From an uncultured Acetobacteraceae bacterium (GTDB taxonomy: Bacteria; Pseudomonadota; Alphaproteobacteria; Acetobacterales; Acetobacteraceae), in contig CAXTPG010000011.1 of the NCBI GenBank assembly GCA_964246015.1, positions 357 through 64,356 of the forward strand: DNA of 64,000 nt, given 5' to 3'. The position numbers were made by a program, and so were the translations under genes. Below are positions 1 to 8,373 of the stretch, in pieces (the first letter of the stretch is position 1; each line of letters starts with the position of its first letter). The notes below the pieces were generated by a model, which saw only the letters and a program-made list of their open reading frames with translations, searched no databases and was not told where the DNA came from.

Positions 1-380
1 AGTCCGAAGGACGGGGCGGCGGCAGCGAAGTCGGAGATATTATGGGTGACGAGTGCATCGGCTTGCCCGTTCACGGCTGCCTCCAGAACCATCTCATCGT
101 TCGCGTCCGGCAGTTGCGGACGCCAGGTGAAGCGAACTTCGACAGGCTCGATAGCAGCCGCGAGTGCGGCAAGAATCCCATCCACCTCTGCCAGGCTGAG
201 GCCGGTGACGCTTCGCTGTTCGGGTCGTTTCAGCACGTCCTCGAACTCCAGAAACAAGGCCGGGGTGGCCAGAGGAACGATCCTTCGCGAAGCGACCAAT
301 GCAAGGACCGCGTTCGACGCGCCATGCCGGCTTCGGAAGGCGGAGACGACGACCGAACTGTCCAGCACGACCCGCCGCAT
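1..380 (-). CDS. PIN-domain toxin (toxin-antitoxin toxin component), C-terminus cut by window edge
   Basis: Not in the supplied ORF track because it runs off the edge. Reverse-strand ATG at 380-378 is preceded by an in-frame TAG (392-390). My translation is MRRVVLDSSVVVSAFRSRHGASNAVLALVASRRIVPLATPALFLEFEDVLKRPEQ...DEMVLEAAVNGQADALVTHNISDF. It shows the PIN pattern: N-terminal hhhDssV, conserved acidic residues, and C-terminal hhThN..DF. Confidence 0.7.
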   Translation of the reverse strand, partial: MRRVVLDSSVVVSAFRSRHGASNAVLALVASRRIVPLATPALFLEFEDVLKRPEQRSVTGLSLAEVDGILAALAAAIEPVEVRFTWRPQLPDANDEMVLEAAVNGQADALVTHNISDFAAAAPSFG

Positions 381-421
381 GGACGTAGCCTAAACACATC
401 CCCTGGGATGTGTCGAACAGA

Positions 422-1159
422 TCAGCGGCCGCCATCTACAGAAAGGATCTGGCCGTTGACGAAGGCGGCGAGGGGGCTGGCGAAGAAGAGGACGGCGTTG
501 GCGATGTCCTGGGGAGTGCCAAGACGGCGCATGGCGATCTTCTGGACCATCGCGGCCTGGCCGGCCTCGCCGTAGCCGGCCCATTGCTTTTCGGTGTCGG
601 GGTTGCTGACGATCAGGCCGGGGGCCACGCTGTTGACGGTGATGCCGTGGGGACCGAGCTCATGCGCCAGTTGGCGGGTGAGACCGATCACGGCGTGCTT
701 GGCGCTGCAATAGGCCTGGATGCCGGTCAGGCTCGCCTGCAGCCCGGCGCCGGAGCTGATGGTGACGATGCGGCCGGCGCCCGCGCGCTTCATGCCGGGG
801 ACGGCGGCGCGGCACAGGGCAAAGGCGGCGCCGAGGTTGGCGGCCATGATGCCGTCCCAGGCTTCGTCGTCGACGGTCTCGATGGGCTGGTGGGAGTGGC
901 CTTGGACGCCGCCGGCGTTGTTGACGAGGATTGCGATGGGGGCCTGGGCCTCAGCCTCGACCCGGGCGATCCAGGCCGCGGCGGCGGCGCGGTCGGAAAG
1001 GTCGAGGGTCGTCATGCGAAGGCCCGGGATGTCGGCTTGGTAGGGGGCGCAGCCCCAGACGCGGGCGCCGAGGCTTGCGAAGCTTTCGGCGATCGCTCGT
1101 CCCAGGCCGTGGCCTGCACCGCTGACCACCACCACCTGACCGTCGAAGCGAATATCCAT
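422..1159 (-). CDS. Short-chain dehydrogenase/reductase (SDR) family oxidoreductase
   Basis: 245-aa ORF. Has the TGxxxGxG-type motif VVVSGAGHGLGRAIA, NNAG, the catalytic YxxxK (YCSAKHAV), and a PG..V.S tail. Confidence 0.9.
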   Translation of the reverse strand: MDIRFDGQVVVVSGAGHGLGRAIAESFASLGARVWGCAPYQADIPGLRMTTLDLSDRAAAAAWIARVEAEAQAPIAILVNNAGGVQGHSHQPIETVDDEAWDGIMAANLGAAFALCRAAVPGMKRAGAGRIVTISSGAGLQASLTGIQAYCSAKHAVIGLTRQLAHELGPHGITVNSVAPGLIVSNPDTEKQWAGYGEAGQAAMVQKIAMRRLGTPQDIANAVLFFASPLAAFVNGQILSVDGGR

Positions 1160-1201
1160 GGGGCAGCATTGTCCGCAACGGGGCGTGGATCAAGCCGGGG
1201 G

Positions 1202-2479
1202 TCAGGTCTTGATCAGGCGAGCCGCGAAGAAGCCGTCGATGCTGCCCTGGGTGGGCCAGAGGCCGGGATGGGTGCGGAGGTGGCCGGCTTCGGTGCGGGC
1301 CTCGGGGATGGCGGCGAGTTCCTCGGGGGTGAAGGGATCGGGACGGAGGTTGTGGGCGGCGAGGGATTCGAGGCGGGTGGCGCCTTCCTCGGGCTGGAGG
1401 GAGCAGACGGCGTAGATGAGCCGGCCGCCGGGGCGGAGCATGGCGGCGGCGGCCGCGAGGAGGCGGTCCTGGCCGGCCGTGAGGTCGACGATGTCGCGGG
1501 GGCGCTTCAGGCGGAGGGCGTCGGGGTGGCGGCGGATGGTCCCGGTGGCGCTGCAGGGGGCGTCGAGCAGGACGGCGTCCATGGGCTGATCGGGGATCCA
1601 GGTGGCGGCGTCGGCCTGGATGACGGTCACTTCGAGCTGGAGGCGGGCGAGGTTGTCGTGGAGGCGGCGGAGACGTTCGGCGTCGCGCTCGACGGCGAAG
1701 ACCTGGGCGCCGGCGGTGGCGAGCTGCGCGGTCTTGCCGCCGGGTGCGGCGCAGAGGTCGGCGATGCGTTCGCCGGGCCGGGGGGCGAGGAGGCGGGCCG
1801 GGAGGGCGGCGGCGGCGTCCTGGACCCAGAAGGCGCCGTCCTCGAACCCGGGAATGTCCGCGACGCGGGTGCCGGGGGGGAGCCGGGCGGAGCCGGTGGG
1901 CAACAGCGTGGCGCCGGGCGGGAGCGGCGTGCCGGGGCGGAGGGTGAGGTCGAGGGGGGCCTCGTGCGCGTGAGCCTCGGCGATGATGCGGGCGTCCTTG
2001 CCCCAGCTGGTCCAAAGCCAGGGTGGGGTGTCGAGCCGGGGCGCATCCAGCGCTTCGAGGGCGGCGGGCCCGGCTTCGGAAACCCGGCGGAGGACGGCGT
2101 TCACCAGCCCGGCAAAAGGGGCGAGCTTGCGGTTGCGGGCGAGATCGACGGCGGTGCCGACGGCGGCATGGGCGGGGGTTTCCAGCAGGAGAAGGCCGGC
2201 GGCGCCCATGCGGAGGATGTGGCGGACGGGATCGGGCGGGGCGCGCGTGAGGAAGGGTTCGAGGACGGCGTCGAGGGAGCCGAGGCGGCGCAGGACGGCG
2301 GCGGCAAGGCGGTGTGCGGCGGCGCGGTCGCGGGGTTCGTTCCCGGTGGTCGCGGCGACGAGGCCTTCGTCGAGCGGGCGGTGGCGGTCGAGCACGGCGC
2401 AGAGGAGGTCGAAGGCGATTTCCCGGGTGGGGTCCCGGGCAGGGGGCTTTTGGGCGGGGAGCTTTGGCAGGTGGGTCAT
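1202..2479 (-). CDS. rsmB: 16S rRNA (cytosine-C5) methyltransferase, RsmB/Sun family
   Basis: 425-aa ORF. N-terminal NusB-like region, SAM motif DLCAAPGGKT, catalytic Cys motifs DAPCSATG and AVCSL, and DGFF near the C-terminus. Confidence 0.85.
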   Translation of the reverse strand: MTHLPKLPAQKPPARDPTREIAFDLLCAVLDRHRPLDEGLVAATTGNEPRDRAAAHRLAAAVLRRLGSLDAVLEPFLTRAPPDPVRHILRMGAAGLLLLETPAHAAVGTAVDLARNRKLAPFAGLVNAVLRRVSEAGPAALEALDAPRLDTPPWLWTSWGKDARIIAEAHAHEAPLDLTLRPGTPLPPGATLLPTGSARLPPGTRVADIPGFEDGAFWVQDAAAALPARLLAPRPGERIADLCAAPGGKTAQLATAGAQVFAVERDAERLRRLHDNLARLQLEVTVIQADAATWIPDQPMDAVLLDAPCSATGTIRRHPDALRLKRPRDIVDLTAGQDRLLAAAAAMLRPGGRLIYAVCSLQPEEGATRLESLAAHNLRPDPFTPEELAAIPEARTEAGHLRTHPGLWPTQGSIDGFFAARLIKT

Positions 2480-2529
2480 GCGGGGCGCTTCATGGCGCGG
2501 ATCGGGGGGGCGTGCTAGGGGCCGGGCGC

Positions 2530-4155
2530 ATGACGACCCTGCTCGAAAAGGTGGACGGCGTGCGGCGGCCGCGGCTGCTGCTGGTGGCGCTGTGCCTGGC
2601 GCTGTGGTTGCCGGGGTTCTTCACGTTGCCGCCAGGGGACCGGGACGAGAGCCGGTTCGTGCAGGCGACGAAGCAGATGCTGGAGACCGGGGACTTCGTC
2701 CGCATCCAGAACGGGACGGAGGCGCGGAACCGCAAGCCGATCGGGATCCACTGGATGCAGGCGCCGTTCGCGGCGGCGGCGCAGGCCGTGGGACTGGCGC
2801 GGGAGAACATGGTCTGGCCCTACCGGGTGCCATCGCTGCTGGGCGGGATCGTGGCGGTGCTGGCGTGCTTTGCCGTGGGCGAGCGGCTGGCGGGGCGGCG
2901 GGTGGCGCTGCTGGGGGCGGGGATGCTGGCTGCGTCCGTCGTGCTGGTGGTGGAGGTTCATATCGCCAAGACCGATGCGGCGCTGCTGGGGGCGACGACG
3001 GTGGCCATGGCGGTGCTGGCGCGGGCGTATCTTGATCCCCGGGGGATGACCCGGGGCGCGGCGGCCGGGTTCTGGCTGGCGATGGGGGTGGGGGTGCTGC
3101 TGAAGGGGCCGATCACGCCGATGGTGGCGGGGTTGGCCGTCGTGTCGCTGGTGGTGGCGGACCGGCGGGCGACGTGGCTGCGGAGCCTGCGGGCGGGCTG
3201 GGGCGTGCCGCTGATGCTGCTGGTGGTGGTCCCGTGGTTCGTCGCGATCGGGGTGGCGACGGGGGGGCGGTTCTTCGCGGATGCGGTCGGAGGGGATCTG
3301 GGGCGGAAGCTGACGTCGGGGGACGATGCGCATTGGGGGCCGCCGGGCCTGCACCTGGTGCTGCTGCCGTTCCTGCTGTTTCCGCTGGCGGCGGCATTGC
3401 CGGGTGGCGTCGCGCTGGCATGGCGGGAGCGCCGGGCGGCGCCGGTGCGGTTCCTGCTGGCATGGATCATCCCGGCCTGGCTCGTGTTCGAGGCGACGCC
3501 GACCAAGCTGCCGCATTACACGATGCCACTGTATCCGGCGGTGTTCGTGCTGCTGGCCTGGGGGGTGCTTGCCGGGGCGGGGGTTCGTTGGCGGTGGGCC
3601 GGGTCGCTGGTCGCGCTTGTGGGCGCGGTGGGGTTGGCGGCGGCGGGGATCGCGGCGCCCGTGTTCCTGCGGTTGGACTGGTGGCTGGGCGTGCCGGTGG
3701 CGGCCGCGGCGATGGCCGTCGGGTGGTTCGCGGTCCGGGGCTGGGCCGTGCGTGGTGCGGTGGCGGCGGTCGTGCTGGCGCCGCTGGCCTACGGGGCGGC
3801 GCTGGGGTGGGAGGCGCCGCGCCTGTGGCCGGTGTGGATCGCGCCGCGGGTGGTGGCGGCGCTGCCGCCGGGGCGCGTGGCGGCGCTGCCGCCGGGGCGT
3901 GTGGCCTCGGTGGGGTTCTCGGAACCGAGCCTGATGGTCCTTGCCGGGACCGAAACGCAGTGGCTGCTGGCGGCGGAGGGGGTGGCGGCGCTGGCGGACG
4001 GGTCGATCGACGTTCTGGTCGTGGGGGACCGGGATCTGGCGGCGGTGCGGGCGGGGCTGGCGGCGCGGGGGGTGACGGCGCGCGAGCGGGCGGTGGTGCC
4101 AGGCTATAACGTCTCGCGCGGGCGGGCGGTGGTGCTTACGGTCCTCACCCGCTGA
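2530..4155 (+). CDS. ArnT/PMT-like (GT39/GT83-type) polyprenyl-phosphate-sugar-dependent membrane glycosyltransferase
   Basis: Internal ATG at 2530 of ORF 2314..4155; the upstream part is Arg/Gly junk. Sequence MTTLLEKVDGVRRPRLLLVALCLALWLPGFFTLPPGDRDESRFVQATKQM. The first-loop DE motif and more than 10 hydrophobic segments are typical of the family. Confidence 0.8.
   Translation: MTTLLEKVDGVRRPRLLLVALCLALWLPGFFTLPPGDRDESRFVQATKQMLETGDFVRIQNGTEARNRKPIGIHWMQAPFAAAAQAVGLARENMVWPYRVPSLLGGIVAVLACFAVGERLAGRRVALLGAGMLAASVVLVVEVHIAKTDAALLGATTVAMAVLARAYLDPRGMTRGAAAGFWLAMGVGVLLKGPITPMVAGLAVVSLVVADRRATWLRSLRAGWGVPLMLLVVVPWFVAIGVATGGRFFADAVGGDLGRKLTSGDDAHWGPPGLHLVLLPFLLFPLAAALPGGVALAWRERRAAPVRFLLAWIIPAWLVFEATPTKLPHYTMPLYPAVFVLLAWGVLAGAGVRWRWAGSLVALVGAVGLAAAGIAAPVFLRLDWWLGVPVAAAAMAVGWFAVRGWAVRGAVAAVVLAPLAYGAALGWEAPRLWPVWIAPRVVAALPPGRVAALPPGRVASVGFSEPSLMVLAGTETQWLLAAEGVAALADGSIDVLVVGDRDLAAVRAGLAARGVTARERAVVPGYNVSRGRAVVLTVLTR
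3853..3904 (+). repeat. In-frame 24-bp tandem duplication (2 copies plus a partial third) inside the glycosyltransferase gene
   Basis: gtggcggcgctgccgccggggcgc (3853-3876) is repeated as gtggcggcgctgccgccggggcgt (3877-3900), followed by gtgg. Encodes VAALPPGR-VAALPPGR-VA. Confidence 0.9.
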
Positions 4156-4161
4156 GGGCGG

Positions 4162-7100
4162 TCACACGGCGAAGGCAATGCGGCCTTGCTGGCTTCCGAC
4201 GCTGGCGAAGTGGGCGAGGGGGTCGATGTTGGCGGCCCGGACGTCGCTATAGGCGGCGAAGTACTTGTTCGTGCTGAAATTGGCCGAGGGGTCGCGGCCC
4301 TCCCGCCAGCCAAGCGTCTCGTAGTGGGTGAGGGCGTCGAAGAAGTTGGCGGCGACGTCGGGGTTGCGGGCGTTGTAGTAGGCGGCGTCGAAGAGAGCGG
4401 CCTCGGGGGTCGAGTAGGCGTGGGCGGCGTGGACCGGGGTGGCGGCGTCCTCGGTTCCGCGAATGAACGAGAGGAGGGGGTCGGTCCCCGTGGTGTCGGG
4501 ATGGGCGGCCTGGTAGCGCGAGAGGGAGAACCACGGGCTGGGATCGCGTCCGCGGGTCCAGCCGAGGTTCTCGAAGTGGAGCAGGGGGTCGATCTTGCGG
4601 GACGCGACCTCGGGATTTTCGAGTTGGTAGTAGGTGGTGTCGAACCAGGGGTTGGGGTCGTAGCGGAGAGTCCAGCCGATGGTGTGATAGTGGGTTGCGG
4701 CGTCAAGGCCGGAGGCGGCGGCGTCGGGGTGCTGGGCGAAGTACCAGGCGCTGTCGACGAGGGGATCGTCGAAGCCGGTTGCGGGCTCGATGGCGCGGCC
4801 CTGGTCGCGTCCGGTCTGGATGTAGTGCTGCAGCGGATTGATGCCGGAGTCGCGGACGTCGGCGTTGGCGGTGAGGTAGGCGGAGGTGGAGAAGAGGGGC
4901 GAGGGGTCGCGGCCCTCGATCCATCCGATGGTCGCGTAGTGCAGGAGCGGATCGACTCCGGACGCGGCGACGTCGGGGTAGCGGTTGAGATAATAGGCGG
5001 TGTCGAAGAAGGCGGAGGGGTTGCGGTCCTCACGCCAGCCGAGGGTTTCGTAGTGGGTGAGCGGGTCGAAGTGGTTGGCGGGGACGTCGGGGTTGCGGGC
5101 GACGTAGTAGGCAGCGTCGAAGAGGGCTGCCTCGGGGTTGGAGTAGAGGTTGAGGCGGGCGGTCGGCGGATCCTCGTTGCTGGCGAGGAAGGCCGATAGG
5201 GGGTTGGTCCCGAAGGCGGTGGGGTGGGCGGCCTGCCATGCCTTGACCGAGAACCAGGGGCTCGGGTCCTGCCCGGTGCGCCAGCCGACCGCCTCGAAAT
5301 GCGTGAGGGGGTCCATGCCCGCGGCATAGAGGCCGGGATTCTGGAGCTGGTAGAAGGTTGTGTCGAACCAGGGGTTGGGGTCGTAGCGGAGGGTCCAGCC
5401 GGTGGTCTTGTAGTGGGCGGCGGCGGTCATTCCGCTGGCGGCGGCGTCGGGGTGGCGGGCGAAGTACCAGGCGCTGTCGACGAGCTCGTTTACGACGGAC
5501 GCGTGGTCGATCGCCGGCTGGATGGCCCGTCCCTGGGCACGGCCGGTTTCCAGGTAGTGCTGGAGCGGGTCTATCCCGGCGGCGCGGACGTCGGGGTTCT
5601 GGGCGAGGTAGTCGGCAACGGAGAACCGGGGCGACGGGTCGCGCCCCTGGGCCCAACCGGTCTGCTCGAAATGCTGGAGCGGGTTGATGCCCGAGGCGGC
5701 GACGTCGGGATTTTGGCTGAGGTACCAGCGCGTATCGAACCATGCGTTTGGATTGCGGCCCTCGCGCAATCCCCACGTGGTCCAGTGCTGCAGCGGGTCG
5801 ATTCCCGCGGCGCGCACGTCGGCGTTCTGGGCAAGGTAGAAGACCGGGTCGAAGTCGGGGAACTTGCTGGTGCTGAAAAGCGTGCCCGACCACGTGGTGC
5901 GACTGTAGTCGAGGGTCACGGACGGCGCGACAGGCACGTTGTCGAGCTGTGCCGAGCCGATGAACAGCGCGCCGGCCGTGGGCCCCTGCCTGTAGACGAT
6001 GTTGGTGGTGGCGATGGTCACGGCGTGGGCGCCGTTGCCCCACCAGCCCGTGAAGGTGAAGGTCTGGGTTCCCGCGCCGACGAGGGTCGTGACGACGCCG
6101 CTGCCGGCGATGGCGCCGTCGATCGTGACGGTGAACGCGACGTCGAGATCACCCTTCTGCTGCGCGAGGCGGAGGGTGAGCGTGTTGGGTCCCGGCGACA
6201 CGGGGCTGAACAGCGGCGGGGCAAGGGCGGCGGACCAGGGCGGCGTGGTGTCGAGGACCGGCGCCCCCGCGAGCGGCACGGTGGCCGCGGTGGCACCGAC
6301 CCCGATATAGGCCTGGCTGCCCGGCACGCCGCCGTAGAAGCGGTTGGCCAAGGCGGTCACGGGTGGGACGGCGCCCGATCCGTCGTCACCCACGACGAAG
6401 TAGGTGTAGGGGTGCCCGGGATTGTAGAGCCGCGTGACGAATGCGTTGCCGATCAGCTCGACGTCGCTGTTGCCGTAGGCGGGGCCCTCGCCGCCGACGT
6501 GGACCAGCAGGCCGTTCTCGGCGTCCGGTCCTTTTTCCAGCAGGTTGTTGCGAAGGGTGACGTTGCCGCCCTGGCCGATGTTGACCAGGAAGCTGGCTTG
6601 GACGCCCGGGCCGTCCCAGATCGCGTTGTCCTCGATGAGGGCGTTGTAGGCGCGCAGCGAGATCTCGTGGCCGGAGGTGGCGCCGTGGATGGAGGAGCGG
6701 CGGATGACCAGGCTGCCGATGGCGCCGATGGTGAGATTATGGGTACCCTTGGCCTCGTTGCCGTTGGGCCCGATCTCGGAATCGACGATGAGGATGGCGG
6801 TGTTCGGGTTGTCGTCGGCCAGGATGCCGATGTCGTTGCCGTGGAACCACGAGTTGACGATCGTGACGCGGCCGCCCTTGACCAGAATGCCGCCCTCGTG
6901 GCCGCCGTAGTTCGTGGCGCCCGTGAACTCGAGGTTGCGGAGGGTGGCGTCGGTGGTGATGACGAGGATGCCGTTGCTGGCGTCGAGCATGTTGGACTGG
7001 ACGAAGCGGGCGATACCGCCGACACCCTCGATGATCACCTTCTTGCTGACGGTGCCGAAGTCGTTGACGTAGGTGCCGGCCGCCACCTTGATGGTGTCCC

Positions 7101-8181
7101 CGTCGCGGGCGGACGCGAGGGCGGCGGAGAGCGTGGAGAACCGCCCCGTCGGCCCGACGGTCAGGACGCGGCCGGTGGGCGCGACCACCCCCTGATCGCC
7201 CCAATCCTGAAGGAAGGTGTCCTCGGGGACCGGCGTGAACACGGGGTCCGCCGAGCGGGGGGCCACGGCGGGCGCCTTCGACGTCAGGTCGAGGCTGGGC
7301 CGTTGGCTGAGGACGGTGTTCCCGGCCTGGACGACCGAGCCGAGCGAGATGTGGTTGGCCGCCCAGCCCCAGAGGCGGTTGCCGGTGAGGACGGCGGAGC
7401 CGTTGGTGGCGGCGTTGACGATCAGGTAGCCGTTCGGATTGTCGTTGATGATGGTGTTGTCGACGATGTTGAGGGCGGAGTTGGGATACGACGTCCCCTC
7501 CCCGCCATAATGGATGGCGATCCAGTTCTCGGTGTCGGGCCCCTTCTCGATGACGTTGCCCATGATGGTCGCGAGGCCGCCGTCGGGGATGTCGATGCTG
7601 TAGCTGCCGTTCCCGGTGTTGTCCTGGATGCGGTTGTTCAGAAGGGTGGTGTTGCGGGCGCGCGACTTGATCTCGTGCCCGACGACGGAGTCGTGGAAGT
7701 AGCTGTCGCGGACGGTGAGGGAGGCGATGGCGCCGATATAGAGGTTGTGGGTGAGGCCGTCGCCGGCGCCGTTGTGGCTGAACTCGGAGTTCTCGATGAG
7801 GATGGTGCCGTCGGCCCAGCCGTTGGCGAGGATGCCATCCTGGTTGTCCCAGAAGACACAGTCGCGCACGACGAGGTTGCCGAGGTCGTAGCGGATGCCG
7901 GCGCCGTTGCCGTCGCCCACCCGGCTACCGGTGAAACCGAAGCCCTCGATCGTCAGGTCCGCGTCGGCGACGATCAGGCCCTTGCCGTTCGACGGCTCCT
8001 TGGTCCCGGCGATGATCGCGCGTCCGCCGACGGACTTCAGGGTGATCTTGTGGGTGACCGTGAACGCGTCATCGACATAGGTGCCGGCCCGCACCAGCAC
8101 CGTATCGCCGTCGCGCGTGTTGCGGACGGCATCGGCAATGGTCGTGTATTGCTGGCCTGCGCCGACAGTGAGCGTCGTCAT
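4162..8181 (-). CDS. Giant (1339 aa) protein: two right-handed parallel beta-helix modules, a beta-sandwich-like spacer, and 14 C-terminal ~37-aa repeats; probably secreted or surface-located
   Basis: Single uninterrupted ORF. Two paralogous modules (aa ~1-300 and ~335-640) share TVG...Y.T...A....DGDT..V.AGTY, THNL.IGAI.SL..R.S..H....GHEI, and EKGPD.EN...H.GGEG. Gly/Asn/Ile-rich turns are typical of the pectate-lyase fold. The C-terminal repeat consensus is YY...NPDVaaaG.DPL.HY...GW.EGRDPS..F. No N-terminal signal peptide is evident. Confidence 0.85.
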   Translation of the reverse strand: MTTLTVGAGQQYTTIADAVRNTRDGDTVLVRAGTYVDDAFTVTHKITLKSVGGRAIIAGTKEPSNGKGLIVADADLTIEGFGFTGSRVGDGNGAGIRYDLGNLVVRDCVFWDNQDGILANGWADGTILIENSEFSHNGAGDGLTHNLYIGAIASLTVRDSYFHDSVVGHEIKSRARNTTLLNNRIQDNTGNGSYSIDIPDGGLATIMGNVIEKGPDTENWIAIHYGGEGTSYPNSALNIVDNTIINDNPNGYLIVNAATNGSAVLTGNRLWGWAANHISLGSVVQAGNTVLSQRPSLDLTSKAPAVAPRSADPVFTPVPEDTFLQDWGDQGVVAPTGRVLTVGPTGRFSTLSAALASARDGDTIKVAAGTYVNDFGTVSKKVIIEGVGGIARFVQSNMLDASNGILVITTDATLRNLEFTGATNYGGHEGGILVKGGRVTIVNSWFHGNDIGILADDNPNTAILIVDSEIGPNGNEAKGTHNLTIGAIGSLVIRRSSIHGATSGHEISLRAYNALIEDNAIWDGPGVQASFLVNIGQGGNVTLRNNLLEKGPDAENGLLVHVGGEGPAYGNSDVELIGNAFVTRLYNPGHPYTYFVVGDDGSGAVPPVTALANRFYGGVPGSQAYIGVGATAATVPLAGAPVLDTTPPWSAALAPPLFSPVSPGPNTLTLRLAQQKGDLDVAFTVTIDGAIAGSGVVTTLVGAGTQTFTFTGWWGNGAHAVTIATTNIVYRQGPTAGALFIGSAQLDNVPVAPSVTLDYSRTTWSGTLFSTSKFPDFDPVFYLAQNADVRAAGIDPLQHWTTWGLREGRNPNAWFDTRWYLSQNPDVAASGINPLQHFEQTGWAQGRDPSPRFSVADYLAQNPDVRAAGIDPLQHYLETGRAQGRAIQPAIDHASVVNELVDSAWYFARHPDAAASGMTAAAHYKTTGWTLRYDPNPWFDTTFYQLQNPGLYAAGMDPLTHFEAVGWRTGQDPSPWFSVKAWQAAHPTAFGTNPLSAFLASNEDPPTARLNLYSNPEAALFDAAYYVARNPDVPANHFDPLTHYETLGWREDRNPSAFFDTAYYLNRYPDVAASGVDPLLHYATIGWIEGRDPSPLFSTSAYLTANADVRDSGINPLQHYIQTGRDQGRAIEPATGFDDPLVDSAWYFAQHPDAAASGLDAATHYHTIGWTLRYDPNPWFDTTYYQLENPEVASRKIDPLLHFENLGWTRGRDPSPWFSLSRYQAAHPDTTGTDPLLSFIRGTEDAATPVHAAHAYSTPEAALFDAAYYNARNPDVAANFFDALTHYETLGWREGRDPSANFSTNKYFAAYSDVRAANIDPLAHFASVGSQQGRIAFAV
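4165..5853 (-). repeat. Coding tandem-repeat array (14 units of ~36-38 codons, organised 3+6+5 as a higher-order repeat)
   Basis: I counted the units in the translated ORF. Units 4-9 and 10-14 are colinear copies of each other (VDSAWYFA.HPDAAASG...HY.T.GWTLRYDPNPWFDTT.YQL.NP ... PEAALFDAAYY.ARNPDV.AN.FD.LTHYETLGWRE). Units 1-3 match the tail of that super-unit. Confidence 0.85.
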
Positions 8182-8340
8182 AGGATTGCAAAGTCTCCAT
8201 CAGAACTTCTACTGCCGGGTCTTATCCCATAGAAGCGTATGGAAGGCGACTAGCAGTTATGCGTTAATCCAAGTTAAATCGGTTAACCTTGTAATGAATC
8301 GTTACCAAAGATTTAGTGTTGTCCCGTTTGCTCCCGGCGG
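8182..8340 (-). promoter_or_regulatory. AT-rich upstream/promoter region of the giant-protein gene, with three GTTAA motifs about one helical turn apart
   Basis: This is the only clearly AT-rich stretch in the window. GTTAA occurs at 8263-8267, 8273-8277 and 8282-8286, which is 82-105 nt upstream of the start at 8181. Confidence 0.35.
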
Positions 8341-8373
8341 CCTTCAGGGCCGACCCGGTCGCTGCCGGACCAG

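Noticed and set aside
410-2518. 702-aa plus-strand ORF, along with several other long ORFs overlapping the SDR and rsmB genes (951..2015 -, 1983..3035 +).
   Set aside because: The translations are low-complexity Gly/Ala/Arg/Pro strings with no recognisable motifs. They lie antisense to, or out of frame with, ORFs that have clear family signatures, which is typical of high-GC shadow ORFs.
3853-5853. Direct repeats (the 24-bp duplication and the 111-bp-scale coding repeats) as possible CRISPR or minisatellite arrays.
   Set aside because: Both lie inside long intact ORFs and are in frame, and there are no spacer-like unique intervals or cas genes. They are coding repeats.
5224-8232. 1002-aa plus-strand ORF antisense to the giant beta-helix gene, plus 4104..5327 -, 4186..5199 + and 5030..6043 -.
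   Set aside because: Same reasoning. These are repetitive Gly/Val/Asp/Arg or Pro/Thr/Ser strings that mirror the codon periodicity of the real minus-strand gene, and they have no independent motifs.
8263-8286. Possible CtrA boxes (TTAA-N7-TTAA) in the AT-rich region upstream of the giant gene.
   Set aside because: The TTAA cores are separated by 6 and 5 nt (15 nt between the outer pair), not 7. I report only the phased GTTAA motifs and do not call CtrA sites.
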